Positions 28,112-38,836 of a stretch of DNA of 64,000 nt are shown one piece after another. Position 1 is the stretch's first letter. Each line of letters starts with the position of its first letter. Origin of the DNA: Bacillota bacterium. GTDB taxonomy: Bacteria; Bacillota; DTU065. The notes under the pieces are model-generated. The model saw only the letters and a list, made by a program, of their open reading frames with translations, was not told the origin of the DNA and did no database searches. Location: NCBI GenBank assembly GCA_018435125.1, contig JAHDNZ010000036.1, positions 31,014 to 95,013 of the forward strand, in the 5' to 3' direction. Position numbers and translations under genes: made by a program.

Positions 28112-28990
28112 TTATTCAATGTTTTGTATTTGCTCGCGGATCTTTTCTAACTCACTTTTTACTTCAACCACCAGACGACTAATAGCTAAGCTAGAGGACT
28201 TAGACCCTGTGGTATTTATTTCTCTGTTCATCTCCTGTAAAAGAAAATCAAGTTTCCTACCAACACTAGTATCCTCAGTCATGATCTGTAAAAATCCATC
28301 ACAATGGCTTTTTAATCTGACTAATTCTTCAGTGACACTCATCCTATCAGCCATTAAAGCAACTTCTTGTTCCAAACGATCTTCAGCCAGATTTACCCCT
28401 AATTCTGCTATACGTTCGGACAACCTTTCCCGGTATTCGTTAGTAACAAGTGGTGATAGAAGTTCAAGCTCAGATACTTTATTCTTAATAAAATTGATTC
28501 TTTTTACTATATCCTCAGAAAGTCTTTGCCCTTCACTTTGCCGCATCAAATAAAGCTGTTGCAAAGCTCCTTGTAAGGCTTCTTTAAGTAAAAGCCAGAT
28601 CTCTTCTAGGTCCTCTTCTGGTTTTTCTACTTTAAGTACACCTTCTACAGCCAAAAGATCAGCAAAACTAAGTGGCTCTGAAAGGCCGACTTTTGTCTCA
28701 ACTTTAGCATGTGCCTCTTTAACACTCTCCAGTAGTTCCCAATCAATAGAGAGTTTGGCATCACTTTGGATATAGTGAGCTATAATATTAACTTCTATTC
28801 TGCCTCTTGAGAGCTTTGCTGTAATCATCTCACGCAAGCGCTCTTCAAGTTCTCCCCACATAGGTGGCATTTTAAACTTTAGTTCTAAATACCGGCTATT
28901 AACTGAACGCATCTCAATTGTAATTGATAATTTCCCAGAGCTAACCGAACTTTGTCCATAACCTGTCATACTGAAGATAGGATACTGCAT
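28112..28990 (-). CDS. yicC: YicC/YloC-family stress-induced protein
   Basis: SMTGYG N-terminal motif and DUF1732-type C-terminus. Start chosen at ATG 28990 (TAGGAG RBS) rather than 29023. Confidence 0.8.
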   Translation of the reverse strand: MQYPIFSMTGYGQSSVSSGKLSITIEMRSVNSRYLELKFKMPPMWGELEERLREMITAKLSRGRIEVNIIAHYIQSDAKLSIDWELLESVKEAHAKVETKVGLSEPLSFADLLAVEGVLKVEKPEEDLEEIWLLLKEALQGALQQLYLMRQSEGQRLSEDIVKRINFIKNKVSELELLSPLVTNEYRERLSERIAELGVNLAEDRLEQEVALMADRMSVTEELVRLKSHCDGFLQIMTEDTSVGRKLDFLLQEMNREINTTGSKSSSLAISRLVVEVKSELEKIREQIQNIE

Positions 28991-29152
28991 TAAGCGAACA
29001 ACTCCTAAAGGTAGCAGTTTCAAAATACCTTGGTATTTCGAAGCAATTATACCATATAGTTTCTGTCAAATCTAGGAAAAATGTTTATTAAGCTCAGCAT
29101 TTCTCTTTCAGGCTTGATTATGCTTGTTTTTTGAAGTAAAGCACATAATTCT

Positions 29153-29905
29153 TTAGTTAAGAACACTTTCAGCTAGCCATTTTTGCTTAAGTGTCTTGGC
29201 TTCTTCTAAAAAACTATCAAGTTCTAAGGCTCTATCTAGCTGCTGTAAGCCTTTATCTTTAACTCCTGAAGCATAAAGCGCTTTTGCATACCAAAGATGA
29301 TTTTGTGCTGAACCACGATCTTTTTCTACCGCCACAGCAAAATGCTGACTTGCCTCAACATATTTTTTAAGTACATATTCAACCTGGCCGGCAGAGATCA
29401 ATGTTTCTACACGCTCCGGATTAAGTTCTAAAGCTTGGAGATAAAAACTTAGAGCTTCGTTTAATTTATTGTCTTGCTCTCTAACTTTACCAATACCTAT
29501 ATAAGCCATTACAGACTTAGGTTGTTTTTTTAAAGCTTTTTTATAATACTCCTCTGCCTTTTTACTGTTTTTCATCCTCCTAAATAGATCGCCCTGCAAC
29601 ATATAAATTCCTACCGTAGGAGTTGCTCTTTCAGCACTATTAAGAAATTTAGTGGCTTGTGAATCGTCCCCTAACACAGATAAAAAAGCACCGATAAATG
29701 TCAAGAGTTCTGGTTCGTTGGCATCTTCTTTTAAGGCGTTATTAAGTTCTGGGGTAACTTTATCCCAACGCCCGGTGCTAAAATAAAGCAAAGCTCTTTC
29801 AAAAGCTGTTGGATACAAGTTAGTAAGTGTTTCTCCCAAAACAAATGGTGATAGAGAGAGTGTGCATATACAGATAGCTAGATAAATCGTGATAGTTTTA
29901 CGCAT
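29153..29905 (-). CDS. Secreted tetratricopeptide-repeat protein
   Basis: Signal peptide followed by several 34-residue TPR-like helical repeats (AEEYYKKALKKQPKS..., ALSFYLQALELNPER...). Confidence 0.6.
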   Translation of the reverse strand: MRKTITIYLAICICTLSLSPFVLGETLTNLYPTAFERALLYFSTGRWDKVTPELNNALKEDANEPELLTFIGAFLSVLGDDSQATKFLNSAERATPTVGIYMLQGDLFRRMKNSKKAEEYYKKALKKQPKSVMAYIGIGKVREQDNKLNEALSFYLQALELNPERVETLISAGQVEYVLKKYVEASQHFAVAVEKDRGSAQNHLWYAKALYASGVKDKGLQQLDRALELDSFLEEAKTLKQKWLAESVLN

Positions 29906-30037
29906 AAAATAACCTCCCCTTTTGGTAGAGAACCTAAGCTAAATCGATTAAAAGATAAAGTTACCATTAAACTTTTCATTCGACAATTCACCCCTTAATG
30001 CCTTCTCATGGTATACTTTAGTTTGGGAGGGATTTAA

Positions 30038-31732
30038 ATGTCTTTTAATGCTTTTTTATTACAATCAATTGCCGTTGAACTTAATAAAACCATCCGCGGA
30101 GCCAGGGTAGAAAAAATCCACCAGCCTGAAAATGCCACCCTCACCTTAGAACTTAGATTACCAGGCAGACATCTCTCTCTCTTGCTGTCAGCACATCCGG
30201 TTTTAGCTAGATTCTATCTTACAGAATACAAATTTACTAATCCGATAGTACCAAGTAGCTTTTGTATGCTGCTTCGAAAACATTTGGAAAAATATCGTCT
30301 CGATACCATAACGTCAGTTACTTTTGAGAGGATTGTGCGTCTTGATTTCAGTCGTGAAGAAGATTATGGCCGTTCCAGGGAGAAAAAAAGCCTGATTCTA
30401 GAGATCATGGGTAAACACTCTAACTTAATCTTAGTTGATGAATCAGATGTAATTATCGATGCCTACTATAGAATCGATGAATCAAAAAGCCGAGTAAGGC
30501 AGGTTTTGCCAAAACTCGCCTACACTTTACCACCTGAACAAAAAAAGATAAGTCCGGATAAATTAACTGTAAAGCAACTAGCCTGGTTTTTAGAGGTAGC
30601 TGATCCTAGTAATTTAGCCAAAGCTTTAGTTAAAAATATCAAAGCTCTTAGCCCAGAGCTTGCAGAACAAATAATTCGAGTAGTTTATAATCCTAAAGAA
30701 AACCCAGATGCTATCTTAAATATCCTGCAACAATTACAGCAAAAAGCATCTGGGGGTCTTTTGGTTCCAACTATTCAAAACAATGAGCTTTCTTTTTATC
30801 CTTTAGCTGAAGGCTCTGTAAATCAAGTTGTCGATCAGTTTTATACCGGTATCTACTTAAATGAAAAAACTGCGCACATAAAACGCAGTCTCACTACTAG
30901 TTTAAATGCTCAAATCGAAAGAGTTGATAAAAAACTGGATCTGCGAAATGATGCCCATCAACAAGCTCTCCTAGCAGACGATTTGCGTAAAAAAGGCGAC
31001 CTGCTTACAGCCAGCCTTTATCTTCTTCAAAGGGGGGAATACCTAGCAAAGATCCCTGATTATTATACTGAGGGGCAACCCCTGATTGAAATAGAACTTA
31101 ATCCTCGCCTTGGGCCAAATGAAAACGCCCAAAGTTATTATAAACGTTATAACAAAGCTCGCTCAGCCTTAAAAAGCCTTGATAAACTACTAACAGAAAC
31201 TAAAACTGAATTGGACTACTTAAAAGAGGTTAGGGGTCTTATTGAAGCTGCCAAAGATTTAGATGATCTTGACTCTTTAACTGATGAACTAATTAAAGAA
31301 GGTTATATCAAAGAAAAAATTACCAAACAAGTAACCAGATCTAAAGATCAAAAAACAGTTATAAAACCCAGATGCTTTTTAACCTCATCTGGAAAAGAGA
31401 TTGTTGTCGGACGAAATAATAAGCAAAATGATGCTATTCGCAGACAAAACTCTGGTGACTTCGTGTGGTTTCATGCCCAAAAGATACCTGGTTCACATGT
31501 AGTATTAAAAGATAATAATCCCATTGATAATGATCTGCTTTTAGCTGCAACTCTGGCTGCTATTTTTTCCAAAGGCAGCACCGACAGTTATGTTGCTGTA
31601 GATAGTGCCAGGCTAAAACATGTTAGAAAGCCTAGCGGTGCTAAGCCAGGTTTTGTTCTTTATGATAATGAACGTACTTTTATTATCTCTCCTGATGAAT
31701 CGATATTTACACAATTAAAGGTTATCGAATAA
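30038..31732 (+). CDS. rqcH: NFACT-family ribosome quality-control protein RqcH (FbpA-like)
   Basis: 564 aa. N-terminal NFACT-N/FbpA domain (IMGKHSNLILVD), coiled coil, C-terminal NFACT-R with DYVAVDSARLKHV. Confidence 0.8.
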   Translation: MSFNAFLLQSIAVELNKTIRGARVEKIHQPENATLTLELRLPGRHLSLLLSAHPVLARFYLTEYKFTNPIVPSSFCMLLRKHLEKYRLDTITSVTFERIVRLDFSREEDYGRSREKKSLILEIMGKHSNLILVDESDVIIDAYYRIDESKSRVRQVLPKLAYTLPPEQKKISPDKLTVKQLAWFLEVADPSNLAKALVKNIKALSPELAEQIIRVVYNPKENPDAILNILQQLQQKASGGLLVPTIQNNELSFYPLAEGSVNQVVDQFYTGIYLNEKTAHIKRSLTTSLNAQIERVDKKLDLRNDAHQQALLADDLRKKGDLLTASLYLLQRGEYLAKIPDYYTEGQPLIEIELNPRLGPNENAQSYYKRYNKARSALKSLDKLLTETKTELDYLKEVRGLIEAAKDLDDLDSLTDELIKEGYIKEKITKQVTRSKDQKTVIKPRCFLTSSGKEIVVGRNNKQNDAIRRQNSGDFVWFHAQKIPGSHVVLKDNNPIDNDLLLAATLAAIFSKGSTDSYVAVDSARLKHVRKPSGAKPGFVLYDNERTFIISPDESIFTQLKVIE

Positions 31733-31774
31733 AAACAGCTGTGACACAAAAGTCACAGCTGTTTGTTTTAATTG

Positions 31775-32524
31775 TTATTTTTTAGGAGCTTTAAATGAAG
31801 CAATTAAAAGATCCCACATACGTTTTAAACCAACTAGAGCTTTAGGAGTTGATTTATGAGCCTCTGTAAAAGCAAAATAGTCAAAATCAATTCCTCCACC
31901 ACGACTAGTAAGCCTTACACGATACTCTTTATCTTTTTCTAGATAAAAAAGATAGGGTTCTTCAACAAACTGATCAAGCTGAGCTTTGATCTTTTGTACT
32001 GTCCAATCATAGAAAGGATCTCCTAAAACTTGTGAAGATCCAGGCATTGTCTCGCCTTTGGGCAGAGTTAGTCTGCCAGCTTGAGCAAATGGCTCTTCTT
32101 CGTTAAGCGTTAATGCTCTAACAAAAACGCCTGTATCTCTTTCACTTCTAGGAATACGATAAACAAATGTAATGCTGTATAAACCTGTTTGAGGTACTTT
32201 TACCATATATTCAAGATAATGATAACGTTCCTTCCAATTGGTTACATAGGTAACAACCTTGTCACCTTTTTCTTGTTTCTCAGTAACAATTTCAACCTTT
32301 GGAATTTCACCGCTTCTTGGTTCTCTTTCCATACCCTCATTAATAAAACTCTCAGCCTCTACGATTACAGGCGTCTTAAGTTTGGTAAGCCTCTTATAGC
32401 CTTTAGCTTTATAAGCTTCAAGAGCTTCCTGGTAAGAACCGTACTCTTCGGCAAAAACTATTGTACCAGTGCTTAGAATCAAAAAAGCCAGTAAAAATAA
32501 GCATAATTTGGATAACTTCTTCAT
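31775..32524 (-). CDS. Secreted hypothetical protein with beta-sandwich/CBM-like C-terminus
   Basis: Signal peptide. C-terminal GGGIDFDYFAF resembles carbohydrate-binding-module endings. Confidence 0.4.
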   Translation of the reverse strand: MKKLSKLCLFLLAFLILSTGTIVFAEEYGSYQEALEAYKAKGYKRLTKLKTPVIVEAESFINEGMEREPRSGEIPKVEIVTEKQEKGDKVVTYVTNWKERYHYLEYMVKVPQTGLYSITFVYRIPRSERDTGVFVRALTLNEEEPFAQAGRLTLPKGETMPGSSQVLGDPFYDWTVQKIKAQLDQFVEEPYLFYLEKDKEYRVRLTSRGGGIDFDYFAFTEAHKSTPKALVGLKRMWDLLIASFKAPKK

Positions 32525-32642
32525 AGGCCAAAATGCCCCCTCTCAAAGAATAGTTCAAGCCATAATAATAACAGGTTTTTTTGTAAGTCAGTTATAAACA
32601 ACACTAACCTACCAATCACTAAATAGACTTCTCCCTTTTCTC

Positions 32643-33230
32643 TCAGAATCCTTCTCGCTTATACTTTATTTGAGAACCTCTAGAGTTATCTTTGTCTATC
32701 AATTTTAAATTCGAACCAAATTTTATTAGAACTGTCTCTCTAGCTAAACCCGCTTGGTAAAAAAGAATTAGCTTACCGCCAAAAGGTTTATAAAGCTGAA
32801 TATGAACCAGATAAATATTCTCTAAAACTTCTGCCCATTCTTTGAATAGCACTTCCTCGGTACAAAGTGGCCAGACTGTTGCCAAACTAATTTGTTTTAA
32901 GCCATGATCATTAGCAATAAAAATACCTTCTTTAATCTCAGAAGATTTAATGCTTGAAAGATGCACCAGGTCGTTAGCTTCAAGTTGCTCTTGTGCCAGA
33001 TGATACATTAACTGCTCTAATTTGTAAACACAATCCCCGGTATCTCTATCAGGTTTCCACCTCAGGGCGTAAAGTTTTCTTAATTCTTGTAAGGAAATAT
33101 TATTTTCATATAAAACTGTACGTACATAACGAGCTGTAGTATCTGCTAAAGTAGCAATTTTTTCAACCGTTAAAAAGGGATCGTCTTTAGCAAGATGTAC
33201 TATTTTTTCTCTTTTAAACTCTTTTTCCAT
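32643..33230 (-). CDS. Hypothetical protein with N-terminal HTH-like segment
   Basis: LTVEKIATLADTTARYVRTVLYEN looks like a helix-turn-helix. No further assignment. 30-nt overlap with the upstream lytic transglycosylase gene. Confidence 0.4.
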   Translation of the reverse strand: MEKEFKREKIVHLAKDDPFLTVEKIATLADTTARYVRTVLYENNISLQELRKLYALRWKPDRDTGDCVYKLEQLMYHLAQEQLEANDLVHLSSIKSSEIKEGIFIANDHGLKQISLATVWPLCTEEVLFKEWAEVLENIYLVHIQLYKPFGGKLILFYQAGLARETVLIKFGSNLKLIDKDNSRGSQIKYKREGF

Positions 33231-33826
33231 ACTACCAGCTCCCTAGACAATTGATTGTTATAAAGATAGTTGTACCACTTCTCCAAAATAACAACCTTAA
33301 TAACAAAATCTCTGGTTTCGTAAAATGGGATATCCGCTCTTTTTTCCCAGCTGCCATCCCAAGTTTCTTCATTAATCCATCTCTCTACATTGCCTCTGCC
33401 CGCATTATAAGCAGCTATAGCGGAAATTTTTCCCAAATCGTTAACTAGAGTTTTTAGATAATATGAACCTAAGCTAATATTAATAACAGGATCATATAAA
33501 GAATCTGCGGTTAGTTTGATACCTTTTACTTCGGCTAGCCAGGCAGCTGTAGATGGCATAAGCTGCATCAAGCCTACAGCTCCCTTAGGAGAGACTGCTT
33601 CCTTGCGATAATTACTCTCCACCTTAATAAGGCTGGCAATAAGATAGGGGTTAATCTCGTTTTCCTTGGCTAAAATCCAGATCTCTTCTTGATACTTTAA
33701 CGGACAAAACCTAGCCATAAAAGGTTTGTGCAAGAGAGCAAAGATAAAAACAATAATCATAAGTGCTTTTAGAAATCTCTTTAGCTTCATCTGCCCTCTC
33801 CTTTTAACTATCTTATTTTTTGGCAT
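33200..33826 (-). CDS. Lytic transglycosylase domain (SLT) protein, membrane anchored
   Basis: N-terminal TM helix. SLT catalytic motifs ES ([27 protein letters not shown]) and AYNAG. Confidence 0.75.
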   Translation of the reverse strand: MPKNKIVKRRGQMKLKRFLKALMIIVFIFALLHKPFMARFCPLKYQEEIWILAKENEINPYLIASLIKVESNYRKEAVSPKGAVGLMQLMPSTAAWLAEVKGIKLTADSLYDPVINISLGSYYLKTLVNDLGKISAIAAYNAGRGNVERWINEETWDGSWEKRADIPFYETRDFVIKVVILEKWYNYLYNNQLSRELVVWKKSLKEKK

Positions 33827-34211
33827 TTTGTAATATTTCCTCAGCTAAAGAAACCAAAAGAATCTCAGCTGTAGCTTCATTTGTGGCAACCGGAATATTG
33901 TGTACATCACAAACTCTTAAAAGAGCTGAAATATCCGGTTCATGAGGCTGAGCTGTTAGCGGGTCACGTAAAAATATTACCAGATCTATCTGTCCTCCGG
34001 CAATTTTAGCCCCAATCTGTTGATCTCCACCATAGGGACCTGATAGCATTTTCTCCACCTGCAACCCAGTGTTTTCCTCTATTAACTTCCCAGTAGTACC
34101 TGTGGTAACTATTTCCATGCTTTTAAGTATGCCGACATGTTTACGCGCAAACTTTATCATCTGTGGTTTCATCCGATCGTGTGCTACTAGTGCAATTCTA
34201 ATTTGTCTCAT
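33813..34211 (-). CDS. mgsA: Methylglyoxal synthase
   Basis: IALVAHD, TTGTTG and GGDQQ motifs. Start set at ATG 34211 (GGAGGT RBS), giving a 14-nt overlap with coaE. Confidence 0.85.
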   Translation of the reverse strand: MRQIRIALVAHDRMKPQMIKFARKHVGILKSMEIVTTGTTGKLIEENTGLQVEKMLSGPYGGDQQIGAKIAGGQIDLVIFLRDPLTAQPHEPDISALLRVCDVHNIPVATNEATAEILLVSLAEEILQNAKK

Positions 34212-34788
34212 TTTTACCTCCAATATGCGCCAAAATCTCTTCAAGCTGTGCGATAGTCTCTGGCCACTTGCCAGAATTATCAATAATATAATCCGCTTGT
34301 CTTGCTTTTATTTCTTGAGCCATTTGAGATTGCAGGCGTTTTTTTGCATCTTCTTCAGTTACTGAGTCTCTTTCCATTATTCTTCTTAATCTAATATCGT
34401 CATCTGCTCTTACTAAGATAACTTTATCAAAACGATCTTGCCAGTTAATTTCGTATAAAAGAGGGAGCTCTACCACTACAATCTCTCTTCCTTGCATTTG
34501 TTCTATTAACTTACTCCAAATCAAGGGGTGAAGAATAGCTTCCAACTTCTTTTTTTTATGTTTGTCGCTAAAGATAATTATGCCTAATCTTTTTCGATCT
34601 AGGGAGCCATCTTCTTTGATTATCTCAGGCCCAAAAGTCTCTCTGATAATATCTAATGCTTTGGAACCTGGTTTTACCACCTCTCTGGCTAAAATATCCG
34701 TATCGATTACATAAAAGCCTTTTTTTTGCAAGTGTTTACCTATCTCTGTTTTGCCAGAACCTATATTTCCTGTAAGAGCGATTCTCAT
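34198..34788 (-). CDS. coaE: Dephospho-CoA kinase
   Basis: Walker [10 protein letters not shown], CoaE core, about 196 aa. Confidence 0.9.
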   Translation of the reverse strand: MRIALTGNIGSGKTEIGKHLQKKGFYVIDTDILAREVVKPGSKALDIIRETFGPEIIKEDGSLDRKRLGIIIFSDKHKKKKLEAILHPLIWSKLIEQMQGREIVVVELPLLYEINWQDRFDKVILVRADDDIRLRRIMERDSVTEEDAKKRLQSQMAQEIKARQADYIIDNSGKWPETIAQLEEILAHIGGKNETN

Positions 34789-34989
34789 AATAACCCTCTA
34801 TTCCACACGTCCACGCGCTTATGCGTGGTACAAATAGTAATGATAAAATCTTTCAAGCTATTACAACAACGTTACTTTGAAGAGAGAAATACACAGCGAG
34901 ACATGTTATAGACTGCTCTTATCAATTTTATCTATTCTCTTTAGAGCAGGTTTTTACCTTTACCTTACAAAAATTGCATTGTAACTTCT

Positions 34990-35030
34990 GTAAAAAAAAA
35001 GAGTTAGGGTAATAAATACCCCAACTCTTT
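34990..35030 (-). terminator. Rho-independent terminator of lipoprotein gene 35044-36465
   Basis: On the minus strand: AGAGTTGGGGTA tttat TACCCTAACTCT followed by a T9 run. Confidence 0.75.
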
Positions 35031-35043
35031 AGCCTACTTAATT

Positions 35044-36465
35044 TTAGTAATTATAGACACTGATTTCGTCAATCTCAATACCACCATTAAATTCGATAAA
35101 TACTCCACCTTTAGTGTGGAAATAATTTGCATCTGTTTCAGTCATTTGATTTATCAAAGCGCCATTTTTGTAATATTTAAGAGTATTTCCCTGAACAACT
35201 ACAGCTGCTGTCACCCATGTACCGTCTTCAGTAAATAAGGGTTGGGATGAAGGAGGTGTAACAGGAGATGTTTTCTTAAATTTCGGGGTTTGATCGTGAC
35301 CATACCAAGTCCAATTAGCCAGATCAAAGCTACCAGTTGAGGCGTTCAAAGCATATCCATCAGCCCATACGCTGGCATTGTTTCTAACTTGAATACGTAG
35401 ACCAGCAATAACACCTTGACGAACTTCAGTTGTTCTTGCCTTAACAATTACAATAGCATCGGTAATTTCAAGATCTTTAATTTTTAGACCACTTGTATAG
35501 CTACCTTTTTCTGTAGGTTCAAAATCTCTAGTTAAAACACCATTTACTACTTTGGGAGCGGGTTTAGACATAGCCCAAGCATTTAAGTCCCAAGCTTCTT
35601 CTCCAACCCATTTGGTTAGAGTTCCAGTGAAATTGTCATAAAATAGACGCTTGTCATTAACGTCAAACTTCAACTCAGTCGCAGTACCAATTACAGCAGT
35701 CTTTGTAAAAGAATAACTATGGTCAGTACCTGCCAATAGTAGGTTAACAGCTACGTCTGCTGAACCAGCTGGCGCAATAAAACTAAGCAAACCTGCCCCA
35801 TTAGTTTTTACTGTATCCTCAAATGCGCCAAGTTTTATAGTAGCATTTATAGCAGCGTGGCCTTCGCCTTTATCATTTTTTAGTGTTAGTGATCTTTCGG
35901 CCAACTCAGCAATTGTTAATTTTTCTTCTTTGATTGTTTCTGCTGGCATATCGTAGGTGTCATTAACTGTTTTACTGAAGCCTTTATAGGTTACTTTTAA
36001 AACTTGCTCACCGGGAAGAACAACCATATAATATTTACCATCTTTATCCACAGTATTAGATACTGCACCTAGTGTTACTGAAGCCCCTACTAAAGGTTTC
36101 TCATCAGAAGTTTTTACTGTCCCAGTTAAAATAGCTAAGCCAGTAACTTTAAGAGGTTCTTTCAACTCATTAATTGCACCATTTTTGATCTCTATAGCCT
36201 GAGCTTGTGAAGATTTCCCTTGAAACTCAGCATGGACATTATACTTACCTGGTTTTAGAACAAGTGAAAATTTCCCGTCTTTATCAGCTGTTGCTACTTC
36301 TTTGTCACCAAGAAAAACTTTTGCATTTATTGGTGTTTCCCCATCACCCATAGTTACTTTTGCAATTAGTCTACCATTTTTTGCAGAGAATAGAGTACAG
36401 CCACTTAACACAATCACAGCTAGCATTAGAGACATGAAAATATAAGCCTTTTTTCTAAACTTCAT
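35044..36465 (-). CDS. Lipoprotein with tandem carboxypeptidase-regulatory-like (transthyretin-like beta-sandwich) domains and a C-terminal DUF1080/ConA-like domain
   Basis: Lipobox LSGC after the signal peptide. Repeated about 80-aa beta-sandwich modules (GKFSLVLKPGKYNVHAEF, GKYYMVVLPGEQVLKVTY). C-terminal region ends GGIEIDEISVYNY, resembling the 3-keto-disaccharide-hydrolase-like DUF1080 fold. Confidence 0.55.
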   Translation of the reverse strand: MKFRKKAYIFMSLMLAVIVLSGCTLFSAKNGRLIAKVTMGDGETPINAKVFLGDKEVATADKDGKFSLVLKPGKYNVHAEFQGKSSQAQAIEIKNGAINELKEPLKVTGLAILTGTVKTSDEKPLVGASVTLGAVSNTVDKDGKYYMVVLPGEQVLKVTYKGFSKTVNDTYDMPAETIKEEKLTIAELAERSLTLKNDKGEGHAAINATIKLGAFEDTVKTNGAGLLSFIAPAGSADVAVNLLLAGTDHSYSFTKTAVIGTATELKFDVNDKRLFYDNFTGTLTKWVGEEAWDLNAWAMSKPAPKVVNGVLTRDFEPTEKGSYTSGLKIKDLEITDAIVIVKARTTEVRQGVIAGLRIQVRNNASVWADGYALNASTGSFDLANWTWYGHDQTPKFKKTSPVTPPSSQPLFTEDGTWVTAAVVVQGNTLKYYKNGALINQMTETDANYFHTKGGVFIEFNGGIEIDEISVYNY

Positions 36466-37094
36466 CTTCTAATTGCCCCCCCTAATTTTTCTTGTTTTGA
36501 ACTTAAAATTAAGCTGTGGTATTGAATAATACCTTTGCTCTTACCCCTCTTATTTCCTCATCTTAAATGTTTTTCCTGCTTAAAAATCTTAATTTCTTAC
36601 TTAAATTGTAAAAAACACTATTTTCATCTAAACCCTCATCAGCCAAAAGACAATAGTCTTTCCATCATTTTCCTCAAAATATTATGATGTTAAAGGATTG
36701 CCTGATAATAGTTCTCCCGAAAGAACAGTTCACTTTCTTTCTATATACCCATATAAGTTAAACTTCGTTTTGTTAGATTTTATTACCACTAATCTCCCCC
36801 ATTAAACTATCATTATTCATTCAAAAAACAAAACAACCCTCACACACTTAACAATAACAATATTCTCTACACTTATATTTAAATCCTTCCTTTAAATAAA
36901 TAGAAGATAAATAACAAAAAGTCTTCGAGCTGTAACAATCTTCCAAAGATGTTTTGGCTATCAAAGCTTTTCTCCCACTAACTCTTTTATAGTTTTAACT
37001 AACTGTTTTCTTTTAGCTTCGTAATCTTTGCTGTATTCCACAAATACTTATTTGCATCAAAAAAAGCTAGGAATAACAGGAAATTACAAAGCTA

Positions 37095-37135
37095 CCCCAA
37101 GACCTAATTTACAAGTCTTCGGGGCAGTTTTTTTT
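37095..37135. terminator. Strong hairpin plus T8 terminator in the intergenic spacer (T-run on plus strand; also usable by the upstream minus-strand gene)
   Basis: CCCCAAGAC ctaatttacaa GTCTTcGGGG followed by TTTTTTTT (37128-37135). Preceded by an A-run, so bidirectional in form. Confidence 0.55.
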
Positions 37136-37279
37136 ATACTTAACTTATCTAGTTGGAAGTCTCTTTTCCGTCTAGATCACTTACAGAGTTATCGTGTTTA
37201 GAATTGATTATTTCAAAAGCACTCTGGTTTTTGTAAGAAAAATAATTTTAATCATCACCAGAGTGCTTAACACTAATTA

Positions 37280-38836
37280 TTATACGGCTGGTGCAATTTC
37301 GTCGACAAAGATATTTTTGAACTTAGTATTATTAAAACCTCTAAAGCCTAAATAGCCATCTCTATAGAGGTTATCTGTACCTGGCAGGACTGCTTTATCT
37401 AAAATAACTTCGCCATTATCTAAATTCGTAATTGTTACTTCTACAGAGTTATCTTGTTTCATAACCATTAAAATGTTTACCCATTTATCATTAGGAACAA
37501 CACAATCAGTTTGATTTTCTTTTAACGAACCTACTGTTGTGTGGCTTCTTATGGCAAATTTCCCTAATTTACTATCAACAGTAACAGCTCCATTATAATA
37601 AGCATTCGCTACTTGATGAGCAATAGACGGACTATAGCGAGCACCATATAAGACATCAACTGAATAGGCATAATGACCCGTGACACGAATATTGCTAATA
37701 AAGCGACACTCTGAAGCAGCTGTGGCAATAAACTCACCATTGTTTTCTTCCCAAGTCCCTGTTTTATAGAGATTGTCTCCGAAATCCGCAAAGCTTGTAA
37801 AGGCCCTTAAGGAAGCTAATTTAATTGTTTCTGTTTTTTTCTTAGATTCAACCGTAATTGCATTAAGGTTTCTGTTATATGCTGAGCCGATTATGGCCAC
37901 CGGTGTTTTTTTCCCTACTCCAATAAGACCCTGGAATGATCCTTCCCCTACTTTAATTAAAGCTTTACCCTCAACTTTAATTTCCTTTACTTGTACAGGT
38001 TTACCATTTTTGTCAACAACAGTTATGGTGTATAGGCCAAAATCATTAATTACATAATTTAATTCTTTTGTGAGATCAACAGCCACCTTAGTAAAGACTT
38101 GATCTAAATAACTAATACTTACATCAGCTGTATTTTCTTTAAGATACATTACAAACTTACCGTCTTCATCAGTTTCTTTTTCTGTAGTTCCTACTTTAAC
38201 TTTTGCTTTTTCTACTTTAGTTCCATCCGCAAAAGCAACTGTTCCTTTAAATTCGTTAACCTCAAGACTTATCTGTTTGGCCAATTTACCACTAGGAACA
38301 ACTAAGTCTTCGAGTTCAGACTCAATTCCCATATTCTCTGCTTTTACCTGGTAAGTACCTTTTTTCATATAAAATGCTGCCACACCTTCGGCATTAGTTT
38401 GTTTAGTATAGGTCTTGTCTCCATCAATTATTACCACATTACTTTTACCAATAGGATTACCTGATGTAGCATGCACCACAGTGGCAGTTACTCTTCCTAG
38501 AGCTTCGTCCAATATGGTTTCTTTAGTCAAATCACCAGATTTAATACCTACTTTTCTTGAAATCGAATAAGTTGAATTATCTATTAACACGATATTAGCC
38601 TTTAAAGAATACTCGCCTGGAGCTAGAACAAATTTTACAAATCCATTTTTATCAGTTGTTGCTTTAGCAGAAGTTTTCCCTAAAGTCATTGTTACTTCGA
38701 CTCCGTCAATTGCCATACCATCTTTTAATTGCATAGTTAAATTTACAGAACCGTTTTTTTTAGCAAATAAAGTACAACCTGATAATAAAACCGTAACTAC
38801 AGCCAACAAAATTAAACACTTGTTTTTCCCCTTCAC
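37280..38836 (-). CDS. Paralogous lipoprotein: carboxypeptidase-regulatory-like beta-sandwich repeats plus C-terminal DUF1080/ConA-like domain
   Basis: Lipobox LSGC. Same domain order and several shared local motifs with 35044-36465 (GEYSLKANI / GKYNVHAEF; KNIFVDEI / IEIDEI endings). Confidence 0.55.
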   Translation of the reverse strand: MKGKNKCLILLAVVTVLLSGCTLFAKKNGSVNLTMQLKDGMAIDGVEVTMTLGKTSAKATTDKNGFVKFVLAPGEYSLKANIVLIDNSTYSISRKVGIKSGDLTKETILDEALGRVTATVVHATSGNPIGKSNVVIIDGDKTYTKQTNAEGVAAFYMKKGTYQVKAENMGIESELEDLVVPSGKLAKQISLEVNEFKGTVAFADGTKVEKAKVKVGTTEKETDEDGKFVMYLKENTADVSISYLDQVFTKVAVDLTKELNYVINDFGLYTITVVDKNGKPVQVKEIKVEGKALIKVGEGSFQGLIGVGKKTPVAIIGSAYNRNLNAITVESKKKTETIKLASLRAFTSFADFGDNLYKTGTWEENNGEFIATAASECRFISNIRVTGHYAYSVDVLYGARYSPSIAHQVANAYYNGAVTVDSKLGKFAIRSHTTVGSLKENQTDCVVPNDKWVNILMVMKQDNSVEVTITNLDNGEVILDKAVLPGTDNLYRDGYLGFRGFNNTKFKNIFVDEIAPAV

